The notes beneath the pieces are model-generated. The model saw only the letters and a program-made list of their open reading frames with translations, ran no database searches and was not told the origin of the DNA. A stretch of 63,968 bases of DNA, filler included, from Lenisia limosa (lineage: Eukaryota; Protista; Breviatea): assembly GCA_001655205.1 (NCBI GenBank). It is 13 parts of 13 records of this genome, joined end to end, with 100 filler letters (N's around TTAATTAATTAA, not from the genome) between each part and the next. Parts side by side here need not be neighbours in the genome. Positions count along the whole stretch, not along the records: positions 1 to 26,122 come from LPNZ01006518.1; 12 more parts are not named here. One strand, written 5' to 3'. The stretch's first letter is position 1; every line of letters starts with the position of its first letter. Of the stretch, positions 11,901-25,900 are shown one piece after another. The position numbers and the translations under genes were made by a program.

Positions 11901-14861
11901 ACAATCTAGGGCTGTGAACCAACACAATGATGATAGTAAGTCAGTAATCAATTCGTGAATCACGTCATACCCCACAACGTATGAATGTTGACATATTAGA
12001 CGTTTCTTTGTTTTGCTACTCGCTTGATAGCATGAAGTGGACTCGAGTTTATGATGTGGGCCTTACAACAGAAGATAAAAAATAATGTCAATGATGCCGT
12101 GTAGATTGCTAATTGGCTAATCATACCTGAGGAAATCAACTCATAAATGGCAAGAATTGAATCTGGCTTTATGATTAGAGTGTGTCACATGTGAAAAGTT
12201 TCACCTGATAGGACTCATCTCCATCCCTTACGTCGGACTGTGGCTTTGCGTTTTCACAGAAATACAAGGTTTGAACAAAAATGTCATGTAATATCAAGGG
12301 TATGTGATTTTTATAAGTTCAATATTTTATTAAAACATATTTCTGCCCACTCTAACAATTGATATTGGTGATATTACTTTATAGAAACTGTTTCTCTATG
12401 GAGGCGCTTCAAACGCACCCTACCCACAATCGCAGTATTATGAGTTAGTTGAGTGAATTTTCTTACTTTCAATAGTAACTTTTCTTCTGATCAAGTAACT
12501 ATTTGACGTCTAAAGAGACCACTTTGCTGTATTTGTTCACCATTTAAGCACAACGGAATCCTACAAAATGCATATTTATGATCTTGAGACAAGACAATGG
12601 GCATCAACTACCACGTAAGTGACCGCTTTTCTACAGTTAACTTGGAAAAGCTTTTTCTGTAGTGAATAACGTGTAATTTCTTGAAATGGCTTGAAATGAC
12701 AGAATAGGGCAAGTGAACCACTTTCAACTCAAGCAGCAAGAACCGGTCACTGGTACGTGATTAATATAGCATATTACAGCAAGAACCAGTCACTGGCGTG
12801 ATTAATATAGCATATTCTGAAATAAAATAATAATTAACTCATTACATCATGACTAACATCCTAGTATGGTCGCATGTGATAGTCTTGATGGAATCTTCAT
12901 ATATGGTGGGGCAAACAAATCAAACCAACGGCAGTTTATGGGAGACCTTGTCTTCTTCCATATTCCAACCTATCAGTTCATCCACATCTCAACAAATACT
13001 GAGAATGACGTAAGTTGAATTGTAATAAATTTCCCTGACTTGTAGGGAGGCCCTTGTTCTTTGATTGGAAGTGCAATGGTACTTGATGATCTTTCAATGG
13101 AATTGTAATTGGGCATTCAATGGTATTTAGTCATTGTGACTTGTATATTTTACATAACATAAACTGGGTTGCTTATACCTAATTGATGAATTTGAAAGCA
13201 ACGTTGCAAGTGGTATTCCTTTAAAATTATCTTATTTGTGTTAATACATTTAGGATTATTTATGGGGGTCTTCAGGGTAAAGAAATTAACCACTCTAATG
13301 ATGACAACGAACTTTCAGTTAGTCCTATAATATGGGTAAGCTGGTTCACTTTTACCCTCTTTCCGCAGATTTGACCCTATGTTTACAATTCACTTCAAAT
13401 GATGTAATTGAAAATACACCCAAGAAAACAATTTCATTTTTACAATGTAAATTCTTTCAATGTAGATCTCTCAACTTTATTCTTACAATGTAGATCTATT
13501 CAACTTCATTTTTACAATGTAGATCTATTCAATTATGTCGGCTCAATGGAGACATGTTAGCAGTTTTACGGTATTAAATGTCAGGGTGTTGATGTACAAT
13601 ATCATAAACCATGTGTATTGGGTGGTGTTCAAGTTGTGAAATGTTAATTACCCAAAGGACACGAAATATTATTTGATAACAACGTAGTTGTTGACCTTGA
13701 TATTACAAAATACTGTAAATGGTAACTTCTCTTAGAAGAGTCGCCCGTGCGCCAGATTTGCATGTACAATCGGATTTAATTCAACTTCCAAGGTAGGCAT
13801 AATTACACTTTCTAGTAAGTACTTACTATTTCAGGAATTAGTGCTCTTTGGAGGAAGTAACACGAGCCCCGCAAAGCTTGGTGATACCTGGACCATTAAG
13901 TTGACACATGGATATGGCCGCACCCCAATTGTCAATGAGTCGCTGTTTCATATCAAGTATATCATGTTAGATGGTTGAATGATTTGTTTCATGTTTCCTC
14001 ATAATATTGCTCTTGTTAATTAGTTTCAAACTTGTTAATATTGCTCAAATAACTGAATTAGGTGGTTAGAAATGGTTGACGATGGTCCATCTGAGGTTGG
14101 TGATAAATGCTATTAGATTATTACATGACAATTTCTTGAACAGGAATATTTTTCCCATTTGCTTGCTAAATTGATCATTCTTTTAAGACTTGAAGACACA
14201 TATTTTCTTGCTTCTCACTCCGTATATTATTAACAGTATCAGCAAATGCATGAATTATATGAAGACCTTCGAAAGGCAGCAAAGAATTGGCCTCTTTTAG
14301 AACTAATTGTCACTGAGATCAAGAGATCCAACTACGGTGCTATTGTAAGTAATAATATCTTGGGCACTTAATAACCCATCATCAAAAACAACCATTAACA
14401 TGCACAACACTTGGGCCTTTATACGGTGTCATTTTCATTTATTTAGCAAGTTGATTCAGCCCCATCCAGCCCTCAAACAAGGGTCCAAACCCCCAAGCAC
14501 TCCTATCGAAAAGTGGGTACATATAGTATATTATATTACATGTTCATAGTTTTTACATGCTGTGTAAATACTGTGATAGCATCCAAATCAATTATATATC
14601 TAACTGTGTTTAAGATAACACAAAGGCCTAACCAAGACGACTACATCAATCTCGTTCTCCCACATTTCACAAAGGACCCTCAAATTGAAGCTGGTGTAAC
14701 CGGGGTGCTGCTCATTTTGTACACTTTGAAACATGGAAAAAATTTTGCACAGATAGACATTATACACCTTTCTCATTGTTAACTTTATAGAAACTTGGAT
14801 CGTTAGTAACATCAACAAACATTACTCGAAGCCGAAGGTAATTTTGCTCAATATACAGTAA
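8932..14861 (+). CDS. MKLN1: Muskelin (discoidin-like N-domain, LisH/CTLH, kelch repeats); about 30 exons; start and stop approximate
   Basis: Spliced exons match recalled muskelin in order: YTVVDWSSFSGEFHPE..DPEDEWSRW, EYVVLKLDMPAVV..FGKY, IFPCLYIKICP..NFSLW, RHFRDRNLNEA, PSPRSGHASCFD, LYIQGGWSGSGNLSDFWMFD..KWSCISRD, GPAPISCHRMAFD, RPCARFAC, LVLFGGS..KLGDTWTIKL. Confidence 0.93.
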
Positions 14862-15344
14862 ATAATTATATTTTCTCTAATTGAAATGTGAGCAGCTTAA
14901 ATTAAACGTAACATCCCAGGGTAGCTTTATTTGACCGTATTGCTGCGGCAGTATCTCCTCCATATTCACCGAGACATGGTTTTTGGGATTTGAGTTTTGG
15001 AGGGATAATTGGTTTCATATTTGGTGGTGTTTTCACATTCGATTGTTTTTCAAACACTTATTTTAAACCATCACAAAATGAGTTACTCTTTGATATTCCA
15101 GGAATGGATGGCTCAAAAGAAGATGTGGTCCTACACCACTACTGAGTATCTTGTTATTGATGTAGTCTGTTTGGACAATTCATCTCAACATATTCAATAT
15201 CTCGTAATATGATAATAATAAAAATTTTGGCATTTGGGTTACAATATCAATGGCACAGAATTTCCCTTATGTCAGTTGATATAGTCCTCACAGGTTTGAA
15301 ACCAATAGATAACAGTAATATGAAAATAACATCAAAATATCAAG

Positions 15345-16747
15345 CTACTCTCCGTCTTTAAAGATTTTTGTAAGATAATCATCAACGGACATTCCTAACT
15401 CGGAATCATCAATATACATCTTGTTGATTGCTTTGTTACAGGCACCTGAAATATTAAAAATGGCTAATTGCTTACTTTGTTTTCGCGCGCATTCTGGAAG
15501 TTGTTTTGGTGTATCACACTCGATTTTGAGAGCATTACATTTGTCGATGCTATGCTTGAAAGTCGTTTGGCTTCCGTCAGAAGTTTCGTCAAGAATCATG
15601 ATATCACACTGGTGCGGTAAGAGAGACATACGTATTTGAATCACGTTATTCAAGCTCGTAATTCATACAAAAAAGAATAATCTTAGAAACGTTACAAATA
15701 ATGAATAATGCTAGATGAACTCCCTACCTTTTTGAAGTAAAATCCTCCAGTGCCACCCAGAATGATACCGATAAACACCAATGCAACAATGTATACCCAG
15801 ATGTATTGAATTCCAAAGGTGACAGTGTGCTTTGGTTCGTTTCTATCGACATGACTACAAGTATTAAAGCTGAACAATTATCAAATGTAAGTGAGATAAA
15901 TCTGATAATTGAACAATACACTATGTTTGATTTGAAACTAACATTGTTCTGGAATCTGATCTCTCGATCAGTCGGGCATTTTCGTCATCAGCTATGTCAA
16001 TCTATAAACTGAATCGCCCAAATACAACCTCAAAATGAATCGAAATAGTACTACAACAATTAGCATTCAGCATTACTATGGAATAAGTTTTTATATCGTA
16101 CCAGAGTATTGGGCGGGGAGTCTCTGCGTTGGATCTAAAATAATGAGAACCTTCAAACACCTGCCAAAAGAGTGTACCATATCAGAAACGATGTGGAAGG
16201 TGAAATTGAACTCACAAATACTCCACGTCCCCCCCAATTTGCTCACACTTAGGGTCTGCTGAGTAAATGGGGAACTTGTTCGATATCGAATGGAAGAAGT
16301 GACAGTATCCAGAGGTCCTGGTCTTAGACTTGCCTGGCTGTGAAGTGGTCAAATTGAAATGACACAGAATTTACCAACTTGGAGACATTGTATGTTTCAT
16401 CCACGTCTTGTGCCTCAAGATCAGGAGAGGACATGCTATGTTCATCGTCGAAACGACTGTCACCATCAGGACTTGAGTCTGTTAAATGTGTCATCAGTGA
16501 CTGGATGGTGGAATACTACGGACAACTTCAGTTTTAAAGAAGACCGACAAATGGTGGAATGCTATGGACAACTTCAGTTTTAAACAAGACTGACAAATAA
16601 CACACAAGGTAATTTGGGGATAAAATAATTCTAAACAAAATAGGCAAATCGGATTATGTGGTGCCGAGGTGCTGAGTATGTTGAGAAAGTTGTAAGAAGG
16701 GCAGTTTTAAAGCTCAAACTCAAGTGCTTTCCCAATATGGCAAACAT
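15345..16747 (-). CDS. Hypothetical single-pass membrane protein, multi-exon; start uncertain
   Basis: Exons with GT/AG ends; hydrophobic segment IWVYIVALVFIGIILGGTGGFYFKK followed by an open terminal exon of about 90 aa (CDIMILDET...KIFKDGE*). Confidence 0.65.
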
Positions 16748-16971
16748 GATATCCAGAGATTGTCCGTATTTTTGAAGGGTACAAAAAAAATTTTCTAAAA
16801 AAATTCGTTGGCGGCGATTTAGCGATTCAGAAGTATTAATTTTGATTGATTAACGCACTAAAAAATCATCACACGCAGTCTAAAACCAAGTATTAAGGAA
16901 GAGCTGGTGTTGCCTCAGTTGGTGTACAGATTTCGAGGATATATGCCCAGTTGCTGAGCTAGCCAACTACC

Positions 16972-19900
16972 ATGGTCCCAGCCTCGCAATTGGGTTCTAT
17001 TTTAGGAACAATTGAGACGCATGATGACCAAAGTGAGCAGTTTGTAATTTTGTGAACTTTCGTAGCTGCCTATCTTCCATCGAATTGCACTTAATGTTTT
17101 TAGTTTCATCAATGTGTTATGTTGATGGGGAAGTTTGGACAGCTAGCCTTTCCTGGGGGCTTCTCCGAATTCATAATGCACAGGTTTGTGAATTTACGGT
17201 GTTTAAGGGAGACTTATAAATGTAGAATGGACAGTATATGGGAGAAATAGACATCCCTTTCACAACTGTTTCCGCAAGTACCGTGGATGTTGACGGTAAT
17301 GTCACCTCCGGTGATCAGAAAGGTACCACATCAGAAAACAAGGTTTGTGGAGAGGCACTCGTATTTAATGGTCCACTTCCCTCCCCTTGGACCAATCTGA
17401 GATCTTCACCATTTCACTGATTAGGTCTACTGTCTTGCCAATGTGGAAGGCTTGATATTTGCCGGTTTATCGTCAGGAGAGGTATGAAGAAGGCATGTGC
17501 AAAAGGATACTGACAAGATGACGTTTCTAGGTTGTTGTGATCGATCCCTCTTCACGAAGTGTTGAAAGGCGACATGCTTGCCACGCCAGCGCTGTCAGGG
17601 CCCTTGCGGTTCACGATGGGTTCATCTGGACAGCTTCAAGTGATTTTACTGTCAAATCATTCGATATAGAGGTTGGCTTTGGTGGCTCTTTCATTCATGT
17701 GTCTTGTGGAATCCTTATTCCGTAGAGCTTCTCCCAGGTATCAGTCTTACACGGGCATACGGATGCGGTCACACAGCTTGCTAGTGCTGGTTTGGGGGAA
17801 TTTGGAAGGGGATGTGTGCTAAATAAGTGATGTGGAAAGCTGGCAAGGTGAAGGAGTATTTTGATTGAAATTCGAAATACATTCTGTGTTCCCCATGAGG
17901 AAACAGTTTTTATATAGGGGAAGAAAATAGGCATATGTGGTACGATGGGTGTTTTGTGAAAATTAATGTTGAGGATACTTTCACTAAGTTGGAAGGTGAT
18001 TTATTGGGAAAGGAATACCTTATAATATTGATTCAGTATAATACAAGATTATCAACGATTATCTGAGATACTTTGAAGGTGTGTTTGCGTTGGTAAGATT
18101 TACACCATTATTATGACCTCATTCACAGTCACCTTATCTACTAGGTCAGTATCTCGTTTCCGCTTCTGAAGACGGCTTGGTCTCTATTTGGGACACGAAA
18201 CAGGTGAGCGAGCTTACTGTCTTGTTGGTGTGGTATCTGGTTTTAAAAGGTGGTGCTATGGAATTCTGATCTTGTAAACTTCATTTCTGAAACGGAAGGT
18301 GAAATTTTTCAGTTGATCATGCACCCCCTCCCCCAGCCAAAATGCCTGTATAGTCATACAGCCCACACCACTGCCATTACCGGGCTTGTCGTTATCCAAG
18401 ACAAGGTATTTGGTTGAGATTAAGAGGTCAATATGTCAGAAATTTTCCATGTCTTGTCATTATTATTGACAGTGTCCAGTGATATTATCTTATAATATAA
18501 TGAAATATATATTGATAGCAATATTAATGTTGATATAAATATTATAGTGTTGATAGAAATATAATAATGTAATTAGAAATTCTAATCATGTTGAAAGAAA
18601 GTACAATTGACAAGGTAGCAGGATTATTTGTATGATGATATCATATTTGAAGCGGTAAAAGATGCATCGCTATATCGTTTATTGACGCACCAGGTTTTCA
18701 CTTTTTCACGTGAGGAGCGGTTGGGCCGTGTTTGGAGGCTTCCAAGATTGTCAGCTATGAAGGATGTGGCTGGACAGGTGAGGGGGGGGGNNNNNNNNNN
18801 NNNNNNNNNNNNNNNNNNNNNNNNNNNNNNNNNNNNNNNNNNNNNNNNNNNNNNNNNNNNNNNNNNCTATACACCCATATGGCTATTCTCATTTTGCTAC
18901 ATTATTAGCAAGTCTGTATTATATTGTACCCTGATCACTGTACATGCCTCGATATATATGTTTGGTAGTTAGAGGTTGTAAGTTTTCCAGTGTATCCTCA
19001 CATCATTCTAAGTGTGTGAAGTTTTTTTTTGTTTCTAAATGGGAATACATTCACAATTTAACCTCAATTCATTCCACTTTTTCACCATGTTTGTTCACCT
19101 CGTCAGGTTGGACCTGTTCTCTGTGCTGAAGGAGTTGATAACATGCTCTGGCTTGCGGGTGGCGATAAAACCTTGCGTGGCGTATCAGTAGAGGTATGAA
19201 GTGACCTGGGTAAACCGAGAAGTCGCCTTGTCCTTTACAAACAGAATCTTGTATATCATGATGCTATGTGAAAAAGCAGCTAGAATATTGATCTTTATCT
19301 AATAGAGAGGTTTAATCCCTTAGTCTATATTCTCAAAACACGCTTTCTCTCGATCAACTCAATCCCAAAAATTAATTGTGTTTTGTAATTTTTATTTTTA
19401 TGTAGCCTCTAACACTCAATTGTCTCTTAATCTAAGAAATTGGCAGCATTTCAGCTCACAAAACAGGCCATGAAAGTTGTTCGGAAAATCAAGGACCACA
19501 CTGGAGGACTCACGGCCCTTTGTTTGGTTCCTTCCGGGCGACTCTGGGTGGCTTCACGTGACCACACCATCTCAATGCATGCTATAACGGAACAGGTTTG
19601 CTCGATTACGTGGAGATGTGTTGAATATTTGAAGATTGCTTATTGAATGAGTTATTAATTTTCCTCAATAACATAATCTTGCTTATCACTTGTTTGAGAA
19701 TTATAATGGTCAAGAATACTGAATAGTATATTAAATCTAGCATTTATGCTATAAGGAGCCCTCACCTGGGAACCGTCTTGTGCCGCCAGCAGCCCCTGCT
19801 GTGTCATCCGTGCCGCAGACGGTGGAAGACCTTCATGATGACGTCATCGCTGATGAAGAGTGCGCTGATCNNNNNNNNNNNNNNNNNNNNNNNNNNNNNN

Positions 19901-22900
19901 NNNNNNNNNNNNNNNNNNNNNNNNNNNNNNNNNNNNNNNNNNNNNNNNNNNNNNNNNTTGAAGACAAAGTGTCAGCAGTAAGTAGGGATGTTTTCCCTTT
20001 GGTTACAAGATACTGTACATATGGTATGAGCATTTGGCCAACTATTTCTTCTTTTTTGCTGTTTAATAATTTGGGCTCGGTCTTTTTCGGACCGAGGGAA
20101 TCCCTTTGATAATCATTCATTAATAACCAAAAGGCACGGTTGGAGCGCCGAGTTGCGGGGAGGCGGAAGGCCCGCGTGACAGCGGATGTGGCTGATCTTC
20201 GCGCAAGATTGGCAGCCCTCAACGCGCAGTAGGCTGGGTTATATTACGACCTTGTCGTAACCAAAGATTTGGTCAAATTTTGCTTCTTTATGGAAGTAGT
20301 TTGGTTTTTCTTCCCTTATTTTATCACTAGAAAATCTGTAAAAGGTGTTGACGATATGGAAGTCCTTTTCGGACTATATTTGGAAACTTAACACATTTTG
20401 ACTGTTTAGGCCGGATCCGTCTCAAGAAGACATCCAAGCCCTCCGTACTAAATTACTCCGAAAACAAAAACAAATGGTGAGGCTTTGTTAGCTGTCTTCG
20501 AGGGGTTTTGATGCTCAATACGACAGAATTTTCAAGCAAATCCTTGAAAATGGAGGTGTTTAACTGAACCACAGCAGCCGTACTAGTATACGTATCATTT
20601 ATATTGTATTTAACTCACGATTGTAGTCTTCAGCAGAGGAGGCCTATATCAAACGGTAAGATGGATCATATTTTATGCGATTCCCGATATCACATTTTGC
20701 ATTAATGCTGTTTTTTCTTTCTTGCGCCAAAAATGTTGCTCACTTTTTAACAGTTAGCCAAGTGGTTGACTTTTTGTTGGCTGCCTTTGACAAACGTCCA
20801 TTTTTCCTCTCACCCCCAGTTGTGAAGAAACCGAATCAGCCGAAGCGGACCTTGCTGCCTCCCACCTCACGCGTAGGGGGGGTGTAATACTGGTTTATAC
20901 TTCTTTTTGTTTTTTGAAGAAAACTGTTATAAACGCTGCTAAATATTAGACAGTCAAAGGATGTGGGTTTAGTGATGGGGTGTATCATCATTTCTTCATT
21001 GGTCGTTATGACATTTCCCTTCAGTTTTCGCCCAATCCCCTGCACAATCCCCTTCAAAGTCCCCGTCCCCAAGCCACTCAGCCTCCTCGTCGCCAACTAA
21101 GTCACCTATGAGTGAGCCAAAGGTTCTTCGTTTTTTCTGCTCTTTTTAACTTTTTTTTATTAACTTCCCCTTTTAGAAAGTTCAGTTCGGTCAGTTCCTG
21201 GCCAAAAAACTGCACCAGCTTGGCAAAGACGATCGTGCGGTCAGCTTCCAGCCGATTCGCCCATGCAGACGTCAGACTTGGTCTCCTCAAGCCAACGGCA
21301 GTCATCCGTTGGGGGGGGGGGGGNNNNNNNNNNNNNNNNNNNNNNNNNNNNNNNNNNNNNNNNNNNNNNNNNNNNNNNNNNNNNNNNNNNNNNNNNNNNN
21401 NNNNNNNNNNNNNNNNNCGGAGAGCTCAGGTTTATGTGTTGTTCTGTGTTGAGGGTTCCTAACTTTCAAACATGATTTTCTCACCTCTTCAGGCACCGAA
21501 TGTTCGTGAACTTCAACTGGAAATATCCCGACTCAGGCGCCAGGTTGGAATAGGGTGCTTGTATTCATCCATAGTTTTCATTTTACCTTTCAGTTATGAT
21601 ACTTTCAAAATGTACCGGAGTAAATCTAAAACATATGTTTTTTTTTCACGCATTTCAGGTAGACATGGACTACCACGCTGCCAGAGTCAAGGCCAGATTG
21701 GAGGCACAAAGGCAGCTTGAAGAGTACAAGGTTGGTTGCTTTATTCGGAGCGTTCTTGTTCAATATGAACACTTTTTTTTTTTTTTTTTTTNNNNNNNNN
21801 NNNNNNNNNNNNNNNNNNNNNNNNNNNNNNNNNNNNNNNNNNNNNNNNNNNNNNNNNNNNNNNCATACCATAAATGCAATTACAGCACACCGAATGTGAT
21901 GCCATTTGTATACGGAGTCATGTAAAAACGAATTTATAAACATTCACAACACAATTGGGTCGAATACTCTATAGTGTACATGTACAAATCATTTACTGAG
22001 ACAATTTGAAAACAAAGAGTTTGAAATTGAGTTCCCGTTATAATATGCCATCAAATTTTGTATTTATTTCCACATAATCTATTGTTACCCCACCCCTAGG
22101 ATGCCTGGGGACGCGAGTTGGCCGAAAAAGTTCGCAGTTTAGAGCGACAAAACGCCATGCTGAAGACCAAGGCTGTGGAATCAAGGAAAGTAAGGGGGCA
22201 TCTTGTGTTAGCTTCGATATGCAACAAATAGTATATACCTACCTATATTACATATAGCTATGTAGTTCTACTGTTTCAATGATAGTTGAAAATGGCATGG
22301 CTATCTTACAACGCTGCTCAGATCACCACCACATTTTGTGTTGTCCCCACGCTCGTCCTCTAACTATTTAGCAACTCTCCGAATCCGAACAAGAAAGGGA
22401 CAAAATCGAGACCGCCCTCAAACGCACCCTCCAACGAATGGATGCAAACGAGCAGGTAAGATACTGGGTGTTTTTTGTTGAGTGTCCTTCTTCAAAGAGC
22501 TCGTGGTTTACTGACAACTTTGATTTTTTTTTTTTTTTTATATTTTTGATCGAATGTATCCAAAAGCTTGGAGCAAAGCACGGGAAATTGTCAATTCTGA
22601 CGTTTCACAGGTCTGGTCAAAGCGGATTATCGACACAAATGACATTGAGCTTGACCTGGAATCCCGGGAAGATGACCTGAGAGGTTTGGCTACATGGGAA
22701 CAGGCTTCACTTTCAATCATACCAGAATGCCATCGCTTAGATCAACTCTCATATCGCTAAATCCCCCCCCCCCCCCNNNNNNNNNNNNNNNNNNNNNNNN
22801 NNNNNNNNNNNNNNNNNNNNNNNNNNNNNNNNNNNNNNNNNNGAGGGCAAGGAAATATCTTAAATCAAATCTTGGGATGTAATTACATATCATATCATAA

Positions 22901-25900
22901 TACACTTAGCACATATCGATTATCTATCCATGTCCACTACAAAAAAGCGAACATTATGCATCTGAAATCGTATTTTGAAGCATGATCAAATAGGATTCTG
23001 ATGAAACATATTGTATCATATAATACACCAGACCTGTTTCTAATTTGTTTAGCACGGATTGAGTCTTTGGAAGCTGAAGTGGCCGAAGCGCATGAGGCAA
23101 CAGATGCGGGTACCAGGGGAAGATGGTTGTGTGATAGAGAAAAGGAGAGAAGAGGAAATGGAAGTGAGGGAAAGGAGAGGGTTAAGAGAAAGATGTCAAA
23201 AATTGGACAAAGCGGAGGGGCGATGAAGAAGAAAGTGAAGGTGAACAGAGGGTATAATAGCAGTACTTTCCCAACGACCAAAAACAACAAACAGTAATAT
23301 CACCCCTTCCCCAGTAATCACACGATACTTTCTAATTCCAAAACCCCTGTTTTACTTTCCTCACTATTCTCAGAGGAGAAGGAGAAACACAAGGTGATGA
23401 AAGTTGTTGACGAACTCAAAGTCAAAGTTGGCGGGAAAGGTTTCTTTATATAACAAGTATTTCGGTTTTAATCTTCTAGATCGAGGATTTGGAGGATAAC
23501 ATCGTTCTTATCAAGGAGGACAAATCTGTGGGTTTCTCAAGTTTCCGTATTTGGAGGTTTTGACGGCGTAAATTACCTTATTAGGAAGTTGAGGACAGGG
23601 TAGAAGCGCGCAATGAAGAAATTGAAGGCTTGAAGGAGACAATGAAAGAAGAGAAGGACCACAGCGACCACCTTCTTGTGAGTGCAATTATGAATGATGG
23701 GCAGATTAAAAAGACAATACCCTACCTCTTGACACACGCTGTATTTATAGCTTTTTACGATATTAGGATGAAGCTGAAGAGGAACACGCAGCAATTGTCA
23801 CAGAATACGAGGCAAGACTTGAAGAAGTATGCAGAATAACTACCCCTTCCAATGCAATCTTGCGTTTTTGAAAAAATTATTCTTTTCTCGCACCAATACC
23901 TCTTATCAAGTTCCAGACCTCTTCACTGCTCAACGATATTACCGTCAAGTCTGAAGAACTGAACATTGTTTGGCGGTGATTAGTGTTGTTGGAGTTGTCA
24001 GACTTCTGATGCCCGAAAAAAAAATCGTACAACATCTATCATCTTACATGCCTCGCCACTCACCCCCAATGGACAGTGCTGCAGAAGAGGGCCTGGGCTT
24101 TGTTTGTTTGTTGTTATCAATCCTCATGTGTTGTCTGCCAACAGAGTTGATTGTGTTTTGTTTCAAATATTTTCCAATTTTACCCTCCACCCCTCACCCC
24201 CCAGCTCATCGATGCTGTGACAGACGAAAGGGACGATATCCAGGACAAGGCCGCCGAGCTAGAGGAACAGCAGAGGGAGGCTCTTGCTAAGATCGAAGTG
24301 AGATGGCCCTTCCGCTCTCATTAAGTAGATAAATAAGAGGCCTTTGTCGCTCATGTTATTCTCCAATTGCCAAAATATTTTGTTCAATTTATTGTACAGT
24401 ATGATAATTATTTAATTGAAAACGATTTCGCTCTCCTTGAAATACCCATTATTCATCTCATTCTGACATTATGCCAGGAGCTTAAGACCCAAATTAGCGA
24501 ACTCAATGAGGACGTTGTTTCGAGAGACGCAACAATCGCCGAAATTACTGAGACGACCAATGCTAAAATACAGGTGGGCTGACACTGTCAATGACTACAT
24601 CAAAATTAGCATTATCATAGAATTGTTTACTTCATGAGCTCTCCCATTTGCCCAAACTACCCCCTTTCCTTCCTCAATTTCTCCGTCACGCCTGTAGTCC
24701 CTTGAAGAGTCTCTAAGCAATGCGGAAGAACTCGCCTGCGAAAATGAGACCAAATACGAAACTGAGGTTGAGGTTTGTGGAGTACGTTGCTTTTTTTTGG
24801 AAGAAGAGAAATAATATGTGTATCTCTTTTTACATTAGAAATCTAGGGAAACAAATAAATACAGAGGGATACCATAAAAATAATTAACATAACTGCTGCT
24901 GTCTTCTCTTCATGTCAAGGGCTACTTGGGTGATTATGATATCGCAAATCTGTATTTCAACACTTTCTATCACAGCAATAAATTGTATATCACACATACC
25001 ATGTATTATATTTTGTAATCCACCAATATACTGTGGTATTATTAACCTACCAAGTTAGTAGAAAATTCGGAACGAAAAGAGAACTGCTTACATGAGAACG
25101 TCAAGCTTACTATCAACTTCGTTTACCCCCCCCCCCGCCCAGAATCNNNNNNNNNNNNNNNNNNNNNNNNNNNNNNNNNNNNNNNNNNNNNNNNNNNNNN
25201 NNNNNNNNNNNNNNNNNNNNNNATGAGGAGGCAATTCAAACTCTCAAGTTGGCGTTTTACTGCTGTGAATGCTACATACTCATGACGATGTTTATTTGTT
25301 TCCCTAGATTTCTAATGTTAATATTCTAATACTCATGTATGACGATGTGGACTGCTCTTCTTTCTTTTTTTTTTTTTTTTCTCATTGCGTCTTTATTGCC
25401 GTTGTACTTTTATTGATAATCTCTTCAGACTCGAACATGAACAAACGGTGTCAGACATTCAGACTATCAACGACCAAATAAAGCAAGAAATGGAAGAAGC
25501 ACATGAAGAGCGGATTTCCTGCACTGTGGGGGGTGGCAGTTTTATAACACTTAACTTTGACCCTATTTTTGCTTATTTTCACTAACATACTTAGTAGTAT
25601 TGATACGATTGTGAAGCCCCCCCCCCCCCTCTTTTNNNNNNNNNNNNNNNNNNNNNNNNNNNNNNNNNNNNNNNNNNNNNNNNNNNNNNNNNNNNNNNNN
25701 NNNNNNNNNNNNNNNNNNNNNNNNNNNNNNNNNNNNNNNNNNNNNNNNNNNNNNNNNNNNNNNNNNNNNNNNNNNNNNNNNNNNNNNNNNNNNNNNNNNN
25801 NNNNNNNNNNNNNNNTAGTGTTCAAACATTTTTTAAACAGAGAAGAAACCCAAATAGACTGCATCAACAACTGTATGACATGAGCCAACATCTTCAACTT

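Noticed and set aside
20836-21305. Nested antisense gene or retroelement in the WD40 gene (minus ORFs 20836-21096 and 21102-21305)
   Set aside because: Plus-strand exons (LFAQSPAQSPSKSP..EPK; LPADSPMQTS..QSS) are needed to keep the host frame and explain the GC-rich sequence.
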